Source of the DNA: Candidatus Aenigmatarchaeota archaeon
GTDB taxonomy: Archaea; Aenigmatarchaeota; Aenigmatarchaeia; QMZP01
Assembly: GCA_016783545.1 (NCBI GenBank)
Contig: JADHWJ010000004.1
Coordinates: 27,513 to 91,512 of the forward strand
Reading direction: 5' to 3'
DNA: 64,000 nt
A model generated the notes under the pieces. The model did no database searches, was not told the origin of the DNA, and was given only the letters and a program-made list of their open reading frames with translations. Made by a program: the position numbers and the translations under genes. Shown piece by piece: positions 46,023 through 54,608 of this stretch; position 1 is the stretch's first letter; each line of letters starts with the position of its first letter.

Positions 46023-48725
46023 ATGAAGAAGATTTTCCTAGTTATATTACTATCGCTAATTCTCATACCTAATGCTGCATATGCTGAGATTGTTATAAAC
46101 ACGTATTCTGATTCCCAATATTATGGGCCTACCAGCATTTTCAGTGAAGGGCCTGTTTATTTTACAGTAAGTGATGGAAGTTATTGTTGCGATAAGACAG
46201 ACGTTGTGATTAAAAGCCAGAATGAGAACATAACAGTTGCTGCATATGACAATGGTATAATACCAGATAAAGAGCCAAATGACGGTATTTTCTTCGGTGT
46301 TTTTCATATAGGAGAGGGCCTAGCAGATAGTGCTATAAATTATATACGCTCAGAAACAGATGAAGCTCTTGAAATACATGTTTCATTTAGCAGAATATCC
46401 TCAGGGAATAGGATTATATACACAGAATTCAGCAAGCCAGTGGCTGTAGAGTTATCAGCTGAATTCAGAGACAATGCAGTGACATTAAACTGGAATCCTT
46501 CATCTGACATATCTGGCATAAAAAATTATATTGTTTATAGACATACTGAGAAATTCTCAGAATCTGATATAAGCAGAATCAGTTCATTTATGACTGAAAA
46601 TACAAGTTACATAGACAGATCGATAGAAGATGGTAAAATCTATTATTATTCTGTGATACCTGTAGATAATCTGAACACAAAGGGACAGTTCTCAAATATT
46701 GTTGAGATATCTACACCTGATATCACAGCTCCTAAATCCATAACAGATTTACATTATACGCAATATAGAGGAGAGGTCACGCTAAAATGGAACAGACCAT
46801 ATGATAATGTAGGTATTGCAAAATATCTTGTCTATAGGGATACCCTTTCAATTGAATCCCCAGAAACACAGATACCTTATGCTGAGACAGATAATATAAT
46901 CTATATTGATAAAAACACAAATGATGGAGAAAGGTTTTACTACGCTGTTTTTGCTGTTGATACTTTGAATAATATTGCAAGACCGTCCAACAATGTTCTT
47001 GTTGAAATAGATAAGACACCTCCTGAAAAAATCACTGACCTTGAAGCACATCAGAGAAAAAACGGAGAGATATTTTTGAACTGGTCAGGATCAGACATGT
47101 ACAGAATATATTATTCTATATATCCAATCACATCTGTTAATGGATTAAGTAATGTCATCATTAACGAAAGTACATTTTCAGATTTTCCAGAAAAGCCAAT
47201 GTATTACACTGTTTCTGCAATTGATGTTTATGGAAATGAAGCAGAGAATTCAAATATTGTGTTTGGAGATCCAGATGACATATCACCAAACCCACCTGAA
47301 AATCTAAACGCAATAGCATATTCAAATGGAACTGTTTTTCTTTCATGGGATCCATCTGGTTCCCAGGATGTGATGTATTATGATGTCTACAGAACAAGAG
47401 AAAATGAGTATGTTCATATTACCCGGACAGACGAAAAAAGAGTTTTTGATAGAAATATAATTCCTGGAACATATCATTATATTGTAAAAGCAGTTGATGG
47501 TGCTGGTAACGAGGGAGAAAGTTCTGTTCAGGTAAATGTCATAGATACTGAAATAAATCTTATTATACTCCATCCTCAAAATGACATATCTGTTTCCCAA
47601 GCGCAGATACTTGTTCTTGGTAGTGTGGATACTGACGCTGAAATAGAAGTTGAAAATAACGGCATTGTTTTTGATGCCATGATAAGCGAGAATGGAAATT
47701 TCGCTGGATATGCAAACCTCAGTGACGGTGAAAACGAATTGAAGGTGAAAGCAACAGATCCTGCGGGAAATAGTAAAGAGCAGAAGTTGAAAATAACCAA
47801 TAGGTATGTTTCAGCATCAACTGATGCCAGAAAAAAAATTCAGGAATATATAGGAAAAAATATAACATTTGATAATACACTATTCGATGAATTAGTAGAA
47901 TCTGATCCGTCTCTTTCAGGTTCAGATATGTTCACAACATATGTTTTCACAAGAACCACAGAAATAGTAGGATTTGTTATTTTGATTATTCTAGTAGTTG
48001 TAGTTATTGTTTTCCATAAAAAAACAAAGAAAGAGATAGTCAAAATTGTCGGAACAAAACTAAAATATGAATATGATGAAAAGAGCAGGCTAAAAAACGC
48101 TGCAACAAAATATATATCAGCAATACCTTCTGAGATTATAAGAGGCGTGAAAAACCTGAGGATTAAGAGAGTTGAAAAAGAAGCCACTGTTCTTTTTGCA
48201 GATATAAGAGGATTTACAAATCTAGCATCCAAGCTTGGTCATAATAAAACAGCAGATATGCTTGATATATTTTTCAAGGAAATGGCAGATATTATTATAA
48301 AACATGGTGGTTCAGTGGCAGAATATGTTGGTGACAGAATATATGCAACATTCAACCTGAACAAAGAATGTAATAATCACTCTCACAGTGCTGTAAAAAG
48401 TTCTGAAGAAATGCATGGTGTTGTAAAAGAACTGAATAAAAAAATATTCGGGGTTGATAACAAAATGCAGATAGGTGTTGGTATAAAAACAGGAAAATTG
48501 GTTGCAGGTACTATTGGACATCCAGAAGCATTAAAATATGCTGCTGTTGGTGATGTTGTAAATATAGCATCAAAACTTTCTGATAGTGCAAATGCAGGAG
48601 AGACAATAATAGATGAAGATACCTACAAAGAAATAAAAGATAAAGTAAATGTGATAAGAAATTCAATCACTTTAAAGGGTGGAAAAGTGATAAACGCGTT
48701 CAAAATATTATCTTTGAAAGAATAA
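46023..48725 (+). CDS. receptor-type class III nucleotidyl cyclase: signal peptide, ~4 FN3-like repeats, Ig-like region, TM, cyclase domain
   Basis: Repeats with WNPSSD...YIVYR, KWNRPYD...YLVYRD and LSWDPSG...YDVYRT. TM IVGFVILIILVVVVIVF. Cyclase motifs ATVLFADIRGFT, EYVGDRIYATF, GVGIKTGKLVAGTIG, GDVVNIASKL. Confidence 0.7.
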   Translation: MKKIFLVILLSLILIPNAAYAEIVINTYSDSQYYGPTSIFSEGPVYFTVSDGSYCCDKTDVVIKSQNENITVAAYDNGIIPDKEPNDGIFFGVFHIGEGLADSAINYIRSETDEALEIHVSFSRISSGNRIIYTEFSKPVAVELSAEFRDNAVTLNWNPSSDISGIKNYIVYRHTEKFSESDISRISSFMTENTSYIDRSIEDGKIYYYSVIPVDNLNTKGQFSNIVEISTPDITAPKSITDLHYTQYRGEVTLKWNRPYDNVGIAKYLVYRDTLSIESPETQIPYAETDNIIYIDKNTNDGERFYYAVFAVDTLNNIARPSNNVLVEIDKTPPEKITDLEAHQRKNGEIFLNWSGSDMYRIYYSIYPITSVNGLSNVIINESTFSDFPEKPMYYTVSAIDVYGNEAENSNIVFGDPDDISPNPPENLNAIAYSNGTVFLSWDPSGSQDVMYYDVYRTRENEYVHITRTDEKRVFDRNIIPGTYHYIVKAVDGAGNEGESSVQVNVIDTEINLIILHPQNDISVSQAQILVLGSVDTDAEIEVENNGIVFDAMISENGNFAGYANLSDGENELKVKATDPAGNSKEQKLKITNRYVSASTDARKKIQEYIGKNITFDNTLFDELVESDPSLSGSDMFTTYVFTRTTEIVGFVILIILVVVVIVFHKKTKKEIVKIVGTKLKYEYDEKSRLKNAATKYISAIPSEIIRGVKNLRIKRVEKEATVLFADIRGFTNLASKLGHNKTADMLDIFFKEMADIIIKHGGSVAEYVGDRIYATFNLNKECNNHSHSAVKSSEEMHGVVKELNKKIFGVDNKMQIGVGIKTGKLVAGTIGHPEALKYAAVGDVVNIASKLSDSANAGETIIDEDTYKEIKDKVNVIRNSITLKGGKVINAFKILSLKE

Positions 48726-48786
48726 AGCCCTGATTTCTGACATAAAAACTAGCTCCTGTACGCGAAAGAAAAGCCTCAATAAGACC

Positions 48787-49938
48787 CTATATGCCACGAG
48801 TTTGCCTATTTTCTTCGCTCACCTTGCCCGTAGAGGGCTCTATTGCATTCCCAAGGACTTTTTTAACATTAATATCTAGTCCTTTTCTCAATTCATCTCC
48901 TTTATTCTCTTTTGAAAAGAAATCCATCTTTGCAGCAAGGCTAATCTTTGCTGCAATTAATCTTGCAATTTTTCCTTTTACCTCATTAGGAGCATTTTGT
49001 ATATGTTCATGCCCAAACAAAATCCCAAATTTAGGAGCCTTGAATCTTTCCTTGTCTTTCATATGCCTGAAAAGAGCTTTCTCAGAACCCAATAGTTGTA
49101 TTGTAGAAGATGGCATCTTAGCAATCTTTTCCAACCCGCCTGCAATTGAAAGTAATCTTGCAGCAAGCAAAGGGCCTGCAACAGCGCTTATATTCGGAAT
49201 AATCTTATTACATGAAGATTCTATGTATTTTTCAAGGCTAGTCTTCACAACATATAGTTCAGAAATAGACCTTGCTATACCCTGAACCTCTTTAATATCA
49301 TCATCAGAAAAATCCATACCAGCAGAACTTTCCACATATTTGGCAAGTTCACCATCTCTTATATTATCCCTTCTTCCGTGCTTATAGACAATATCTGCAT
49401 ACTTCTCATTAGTTTTGATTATCTCCCCCATTTCAGGAAAATGAAGACCATACCATTCCTTAAGTCTTTCTGAAATTACATTTACTTCCTTTGTTATTTC
49501 ATCTAAAATACCAATAGCGTGCATAACTATTTCATCTTTTCTAACTTTTTTTATCTCCCCTTTTGCTAGTAAAATATTCACTTTTGAGAGCAAATCATTG
49601 ATCTCAGCTTGAGACATGGCCCATTTAAGATGAAGAGCAAGACTTCTGAATTCATCATTGAGTTTTTTGGCTGCTATATTATCAACCACATGTATGCAGG
49701 ATATGTCTTTATATCTCATATCTTTTTTATCCCATGCAATTTCCTTAAATCCGCAAGAAATTAAATTTTTAAGAATCTCTTCTTCTTCGTGTAGAATTTC
49801 ACCTTTCCTTGATTTCGAAATCCTTTCTGCTATAAGTTCGGCTTCTTTGGGGAAAAGTCTTTTGTCTAATATTTTCCCGTCTTTATCAAAGGCGAAGACG
49901 CCCATGATGTTTGTTGCCATGAAAGCTCTAAATTCCAT
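48787..49938 (-). CDS. nop5: box C/D sRNP core protein Nop5 (Nop56/58)
   Basis: AGPLLAARLLSIAGGLEKIAKMPSSTIQLLGSEKALFRH...PKFGILFGHEHIQ. Confidence 0.85.
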   Translation of the reverse strand: MEFRAFMATNIMGVFAFDKDGKILDKRLFPKEAELIAERISKSRKGEILHEEEEILKNLISCGFKEIAWDKKDMRYKDISCIHVVDNIAAKKLNDEFRSLALHLKWAMSQAEINDLLSKVNILLAKGEIKKVRKDEIVMHAIGILDEITKEVNVISERLKEWYGLHFPEMGEIIKTNEKYADIVYKHGRRDNIRDGELAKYVESSAGMDFSDDDIKEVQGIARSISELYVVKTSLEKYIESSCNKIIPNISAVAGPLLAARLLSIAGGLEKIAKMPSSTIQLLGSEKALFRHMKDKERFKAPKFGILFGHEHIQNAPNEVKGKIARLIAAKISLAAKMDFFSKENKGDELRKGLDINVKKVLGNAIEPSTGKVSEENRQTRGI

Positions 49939-50069
49939 ATCAAAATCAGAACCTGCTGTTATATTGTTTCCGGTTCCGATACCTCCACTTTTTAACGAAG
50001 ATACTGATTTCTCCGAATAAAGATATAATTAATTGTACTTAGATAATAAAAGCATAAATAACAGTGTTA

Positions 50070-50225
50070 TGCGGGGGATGCGATCTTCTGCTCTGCTGAA
50101 GGTATGTGCTTCAGCACAGTATTCGAACACATGGAGGCACTAAGCCACTGGGTCCTAAACTTAGCCTTGTGATAATACATAATATTAACACAATCCAGCC
50201 CCTTTGACCACTTGGGTACCCCCGC
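50070..50225 (-). tRNA. tRNA-Leu(UAG) with two introns (anticodon stem ~30/31, and T-loop/T-stem junction)
   Basis: GCGGGGG-TA-CCC-AAGTGGTCAAA-GGG-G-CTGG[34 nt]G-TTTAGGA-CCCAG-TGGCTTAGTGCCTCC-ATGTG-TTCGAAT-[38 nt]-CGCAT-CCCCCGC-A. The long variable arm fits Leu. Confidence 0.65.
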
Positions 50226-50254
50226 GATAGTTGATACTATTTTTTTGCGGTTAA

Positions 50255-50455
50255 CGCTCCCGCGGGGATTTGAACCCCGGTTTCCAGCAAGTATTCTCCG
50301 AGAAGAATACTCCTCTCCGGGTATTTTCGCTCACGGAACCCTTTTCGAGGCTTCCGCCATCGCCCAAAAGCGTTCACGGAAAACCCTTTCAAAGGTTCTC
50401 ACTTTTTTCGAAGCTCGAAAACCCGGCATACTTGACCAGGCTATACTACGGGAGC
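50255..50455 (-). tRNA. tRNA-Glu(UUC) with two introns (canonical 37/38, ~93 nt; variable region, ~33 nt)
   Basis: GCTCCCG-TA-GTAT-AGCCTGGTCAA-GTAT-G-CCGGG-TTTTCG[93 nt]A-CCCGG-AGA[hairpin GAGTATTCT..AGAATACT..]C-CGGGG-TTCAAAT-CCCCG-CGGGAGC-G. Confidence 0.7.
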
Positions 50456-50498
50456 ATATTGTTAATTATATTATTTCTTTTAAAAATAAGTTTAAATA

Positions 50499-50734
50499 TG
50501 GGCTCGGCCGGATTTATGGACCGACTGAACAAAGCCCAGTCTAGTTATCGAACCGGCGATCCCCGCCAAATTGATACAAAAACGATCTGTTATTGTAACG
50601 TCAAGGCGATGTCATAGCCAATGTCCGCGTTCTTTGATTACTAACCGCTTATACAACTCCTTTCATTATGAAAGGGGTGATAGTGCGGTAAGAGGGGGAA
50701 TCTGTCACCCTCTTGCGCTCTAGACCACGAGCCC
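50499..50734 (-). tRNA. tRNA-Val(GAC) with three introns (D-loop 98 nt, canonical 37/38 ~29 nt, T-loop ~34 nt)
   Basis: GGGCTCG-TG-GTCTAG[98 nt]TTGGCTATGAC-A-TCGCC-TTGACG[29 nt]T-GGCGG-GGATC-GCCGG-TTCGA[34 nt]AT-CCGGC-CGAGCCC-A. Confidence 0.7.
50622..50719 (-). other. D-loop intron of tRNA-Val carrying the conserved two-hairpin module
   Basis: AGCGC-AAGAGGG..CCCTCTT-ACCGCACTATCAC-CCTTTC-ATAAT-GAAAGG-AGTTGTATAAG. Aligns with the tRNA-Pro T-loop intron. Confidence 0.7.
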
Positions 50735-50774
50735 ATATACTGATATTTTACACTTATAGAAATAAATAGAAAAA

Positions 50775-51116
50775 TTAAGCTCCGCTATATCTTTCAGCTT
50801 CTCTTTGATACCTTCTAATAGCATCTGGAGTAAGTTGTCCATCAGTTGACCATGAACCATCTTCAAATACAAGCCTTTCCCATGTTGAACCATCAAAACG
50901 TGCACCCTCTCTTTCCGGGTCTCCTTTTTTAGGGAACTTTTCAATCATAACGTCTACATGTTCTAATACGTCTGAATCTTCTCCTCTAACAAAAGTTCTA
51001 TAACTAGAAGATAGAGCAGCCCAGGTTTCACCTCTAGGATCACTGGTTACTATTCCACCAGATTCTGTTATTTTTAAACGAGTATTTTCACTTAGATATG
51101 TTGGCATAAAAATCAC
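50775..51116 (-). CDS. hypothetical protein
   Basis: 113-aa ORF, compositionally less AT-rich than its neighbours. No motif recognised. Confidence 0.35.
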   Translation of the reverse strand: MIFMPTYLSENTRLKITESGGIVTSDPRGETWAALSSSYRTFVRGEDSDVLEHVDVMIEKFPKKGDPEREGARFDGSTWERLVFEDGSWSTDGQLTPDAIRRYQREAERYSGA

Positions 51117-51186
51117 AACTTATAGGTTCTTCTTTGGATACATAATTTATAAAACTAACCCAGAAAAATCCCACAAATCCCAGATT

Positions 51187-51564
51187 TTATTTCATGGTCA
51201 TTAAGAATTTCTTTCCATCTATCTTCCAGTATGCGACCTCTTTTCCAGATTCCAGTTTTCCTTTCATCTCTTCTGGTATAGCCAAGTCAAATGTTTCATA
51301 GTCTTGCATATCCATTAGTTGAACAGAGTCATCGGAAATAGAAATAACCTGTGCTGTTCTTTTGTCAATATTCGGTGCTTCCAGGCTTGCTGTTCCAGGT
51401 CTGAATATCAATTTCTTTTTCCCATCTATTATACCAACAAGTTCTATTTGATATTTTGCAGAACCATGCCTACCTGTCTTGGATTTTTTATATCCCATAA
51501 CTTTGTATGGTTGGTCATCCACTAAAACAAAATTTCCCTTCTTAAGTTCTTTTGCTAGTACCAT
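51187..51564 (-). CDS. eif5a: translation initiation factor 5A (aIF5A) with Arg at the hypusine position
   Basis: SKTGRHGSAKY loop (canonical S-K-x-G-K-H-G-x-A-K). SH3-like N-domain plus OB C-domain. 125 aa. Confidence 0.8.
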   Translation of the reverse strand: MVLAKELKKGNFVLVDDQPYKVMGYKKSKTGRHGSAKYQIELVGIIDGKKKLIFRPGTASLEAPNIDKRTAQVISISDDSVQLMDMQDYETFDLAIPEEMKGKLESGKEVAYWKIDGKKFLMTMK

Positions 51565-51621
51565 ATCGATTATTATTGTGTTTTAGTTATTTAAATGTTC
51601 AGAGAAATATTGTATTCGAAG

Positions 51622-52197
51622 TTATTTCTTAATCTTTGCTAAAATTTCTTCCAGATGCTTTGCCAAATCCTCTGGATTCAGACCAGCTTTCAGATAAACA
51701 GAGAAATCTTTTTTGTATTTATCTGGATTTTCTTTTTTCAGTTTCAATGCAAACTGAACAATATGATCTCCTTTTGCTCTCTTGTCATTGGGTAAAATAT
51801 CTTTTGAGCATGGTATATTAAGGCCAGCATCTATTGCACCCTTTACAGCAGCATAAATCCTTGAACCTTTTGTTGATCTCTGAAGACCCATATCTAAAAT
51901 AGCATCTTTACCCTTTTCCTTTGAAGCACATAATCTACCAACAAGGTATGCTGATGGTATTGAACCACCATGACCCTTCCAACCAAGCTTTTTAATATCC
52001 TTGTTACTAACAGATGCCAAAATCTTATCTCCCTTTGAATCGTGTTCAATTAACTGGCAGCTGATATTATTATTGGATTTTCTAATAACAAATCTCAGCT
52101 TTCCGGATTTTAACAACCTAAATCTAAGTTTATAATCTGTCTTTTTTTCTCTTCTTCTCCTATGTGCCATTTTATACGTATTAGTTCCTTTTGACAT
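51622..52197 (-). CDS. rpl18: 50S ribosomal protein L18 (uL18/L5e)
   Basis: RRRREKKTDYKLRFRLLKSGKLRFVIRKSNNNI... typical uL18 N-terminus. Confidence 0.85.
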   Translation of the reverse strand: MSKGTNTYKMAHRRRREKKTDYKLRFRLLKSGKLRFVIRKSNNNISCQLIEHDSKGDKILASVSNKDIKKLGWKGHGGSIPSAYLVGRLCASKEKGKDAILDMGLQRSTKGSRIYAAVKGAIDAGLNIPCSKDILPNDKRAKGDHIVQFALKLKKENPDKYKKDFSVYLKAGLNPEDLAKHLEEILAKIKK

Positions 52198-52199
52198 AA

Positions 52200-52727
52200 T
52201 TACCTCTTTTTCTTCACAGCTTTTGTTTTAGTCTTTGTGGTTTTAGGTTTTTCATCTTTTTTAACAGTTTTTGCTTTCCTGGGTTTTGGAGCTTTCAAAA
52301 GCTCATTTTCTTTCAAATAATAAAGTAAATGCTTTCGATTTCTAAACATTCCACCTTTAATCTTAAGATATAGTTCTTTGTATGTTGCTTTTTCTATCTG
52401 TTTATCATCTCTTAATTCTTTCAGAAGTTTTCTCAAAGGCCTTGCTATTTTTATCCAATTCATTTTCTTAGTAGACCTTGCACCTTTCTTACCCTTCTTG
52501 CTGCCAATAGAGTATCTCCTTCCCATTTTTTTCTTGGCAAGTATTTTTTTTGCATATTTCCTTGAAGTGCCCTTTTTCTGAGTCTTTATTATAATACCTT
52601 TTCCTATAAGTTCTCTGACATCTTCTCTTGTAAGAGCTTCTCCAACTTCCTTTGAATCCAAAACTCTTACTCTAGAAACACCACATTTTAGTATGTCTGC
52701 GGCAATTCTTTTTTGTTGCATTATCAT
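52200..52727 (-). CDS. rpl19e: 50S ribosomal protein L19e
   Basis: QKRIAADILKCGVSRVRV..., KGTSRKYAKK. Confidence 0.85.
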   Translation of the reverse strand: MIMQQKRIAADILKCGVSRVRVLDSKEVGEALTREDVRELIGKGIIIKTQKKGTSRKYAKKILAKKKMGRRYSIGSKKGKKGARSTKKMNWIKIARPLRKLLKELRDDKQIEKATYKELYLKIKGGMFRNRKHLLYYLKENELLKAPKPRKAKTVKKDEKPKTTKTKTKAVKKKR

Positions 52728-53335
52728 TTTTTTTCCTCCACAACATCTTCTTCAACACCAAAATCTTCTTGTGAAAACTTAAAATCAGAATCTTTTTTAA
52801 TTTTCTTTTTGTTTTTAAGTATCTCTCTGGCAAGCAGCCAAAAAATAATACCAATTGATTTTTTACCATTATTATTTGCAGGTATTATGAGATCAATATC
52901 CTTTGCTGCATTGAAAGTATCACCCAATGCGACTATTGGTATTCTTTTCTTTTTACCCTCTTTTATTATCTGTTCATCTATCAGAGGATCTACAGCAACA
53001 ATAGCATCAGGTTCATAAAAATCCTTATAAGACGGATTTGTCAATGTTCCTGGTGAGAATCTGCCTGTAATAGCCTTTCCATCAATAACATCTGCAAATT
53101 TATTCAATGCTATGTTTGCATTTTCCTTTCTTGCAACAACCATAATATTATTGAAATTCGAAAGGAAATTCGCAGCTATTTTTATTCTTTCATCTACTTT
53201 TTGCAGGTTAAAAACAGCAACACCATCGTCCCTTATTTTATATACGAATTTCTTTATGAAAGGTGTGCACGTCTTCATTCCTATATGAACTCCTGCTTTC
53301 AGGTATTCTGATTTATCTATTAACATACTAACCAA
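52724..53335 (-). CDS. rps2: 30S ribosomal protein S2 (uS2/SAe)
   Basis: YLKAGVHIGMKT..., AVDPLIDEQIIKEGKKKRIPIVALGDT. 4-nt overlap with rpl19e. Confidence 0.85.
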   Translation of the reverse strand: MVSMLIDKSEYLKAGVHIGMKTCTPFIKKFVYKIRDDGVAVFNLQKVDERIKIAANFLSNFNNIMVVARKENANIALNKFADVIDGKAITGRFSPGTLTNPSYKDFYEPDAIVAVDPLIDEQIIKEGKKKRIPIVALGDTFNAAKDIDLIIPANNNGKKSIGIIFWLLAREILKNKKKIKKDSDFKFSQEDFGVEEDVVEEKK

Positions 53336-53420
53336 CGTTTAATATAACAATAATGATTATTAAACCTATGTATTTATAAAAGATTTTTTAAAGAATTATT
53401 TGGCAATTTGGGCTTTTAAA

Positions 53421-53609
53421 TTATTTTTTTTCTTCTTTTATTTCAATTGGTATTACATCTTTTTCCCACTCTAACTTAGCTATCTCTATCGGTTCTGTAA
53501 CATTTCTTGGAACATCTACTAGAATAGGTGATCCCTGTGCTACCTGTAAGGCTCTGGCTGCTATAATTCTTGTTTTCTCATATCTTGTCATAAGTTTTTT
53601 ATTTTTCAT
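53421..53609 (-). CDS. rpoK: DNA-directed RNA polymerase subunit K (Rpo6)
   Basis: MTRYEKTRIIAARALQVAQGSPILV. Confidence 0.75.
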   Translation of the reverse strand: MKNKKLMTRYEKTRIIAARALQVAQGSPILVDVPRNVTEPIEIAKLEWEKDVIPIEIKEEKK

Positions 53610-53666
53610 ATGAAATACCTAATTTATAGTTATTTAATAGAAGGGTTTATAAGCGTTCATCAATAC

Positions 53667-54464
53667 TTAACCAATATACCTTAGTTGTTCTTTACCTTTG
53701 ACAGGTGCTCTCTCTTCTTTTGATATCTGCATCAAAGCTTTTCTTTGAAGCTCTTCTACTTTCTTTATGAATTTTTCCATTTCCTTTACCCTTTCTTCTA
53801 GCCTATTCATGCTTACTTTAAGTTTCAAGACCTTTGTTATGGAATTTAGCACTGATTCAGCTGATTTTGGGTCTGTTACTATAGGAAATCCAGATGTTTC
53901 TCCAAGTACGCATATACCTGACATGCCTCTTTCTTTACCAAGACCTAAAAACAAGCCAGCAGCGCCTACTATATAACCAACCTTTTCTCCTGCAACAAAG
54001 TCTATGCCAGATTTTTCATATTTCTTAATTATCTTATCATCTGTGGCAGCTCCGATTATACCTGGTTTTTTTTCTATCTCACCGGTTGCAAGTCCACCTA
54101 TAGTAATCATCTCTTTAACGCCTAGTTTTTGTATAAACTCCAGTACAGATTCAACAACATCATAATGACCATTCGGTGAAAGACTTTGACAGTCACCTGT
54201 CATAAATACAATATCTCTTTCACCAGCCTTCTTTGCTTTGTAATAATAAAACTTATTTTTTAACAATCCGATTTTAAAGTCATCGTGAAGTATTACAAAT
54301 GGAAAAAAGTGCTCTGAATATAATTCTGCGAATTTCTTTGCTTTAAGCTCTTTTATAAGGTAGCCAGCAGCAACTCTTCCTATATTTCCAACACCAGGCA
54401 AACCTTCAATAAAAATAGGGTTCTTTAGCTTAGGAATTTTACCAATTTTTTTAATAGTAGTCAT
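53667..54464 (-). CDS. PAC2-family (proteasome assembly chaperone-like) protein
   Basis: NPIFIEGLPGVGNIGRVAAGYLI..., followed by a C-terminal coiled coil. Confidence 0.5.
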   Translation of the reverse strand: MTTIKKIGKIPKLKNPIFIEGLPGVGNIGRVAAGYLIKELKAKKFAELYSEHFFPFVILHDDFKIGLLKNKFYYYKAKKAGERDIVFMTGDCQSLSPNGHYDVVESVLEFIQKLGVKEMITIGGLATGEIEKKPGIIGAATDDKIIKKYEKSGIDFVAGEKVGYIVGAAGLFLGLGKERGMSGICVLGETSGFPIVTDPKSAESVLNSITKVLKLKVSMNRLEERVKEMEKFIKKVEELQRKALMQISKEERAPVKGKEQLRYIG

Positions 54465-54559
54465 ATAATCACTTATTTTAATATATTAATTCTTCTTTAT
54501 AAATTGTTAACATAAACAGAAACATCAATTAATGCATTATTCAGACTAAACAATGCAAT

Positions 54560-54575
54560 TGGACCCGTAGCTCAG
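54560..54575 (+). repeat. orphan copy of the tRNA-Arg 5' end (TGGACCCGTAGCTCAG), left direct repeat
   Basis: Exact 16-nt match to 55714-55729. The two copies bracket the LAGLIDADG-like ORF. Confidence 0.8.
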
Positions 54576-54608
54576 TTTATTTTTTATATATGAAATTGAA
54601 TTAATAAT

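Noticed and set aside
50212-50617. Track ORFs 50212-50544 and 50270-50617 (110 and 115 aa).
   Set aside because: They run across the intron-containing tRNA-Leu, tRNA-Glu and tRNA-Val genes on the opposite strand. Their unusual GC-rich composition is explained by tRNA exons and introns.
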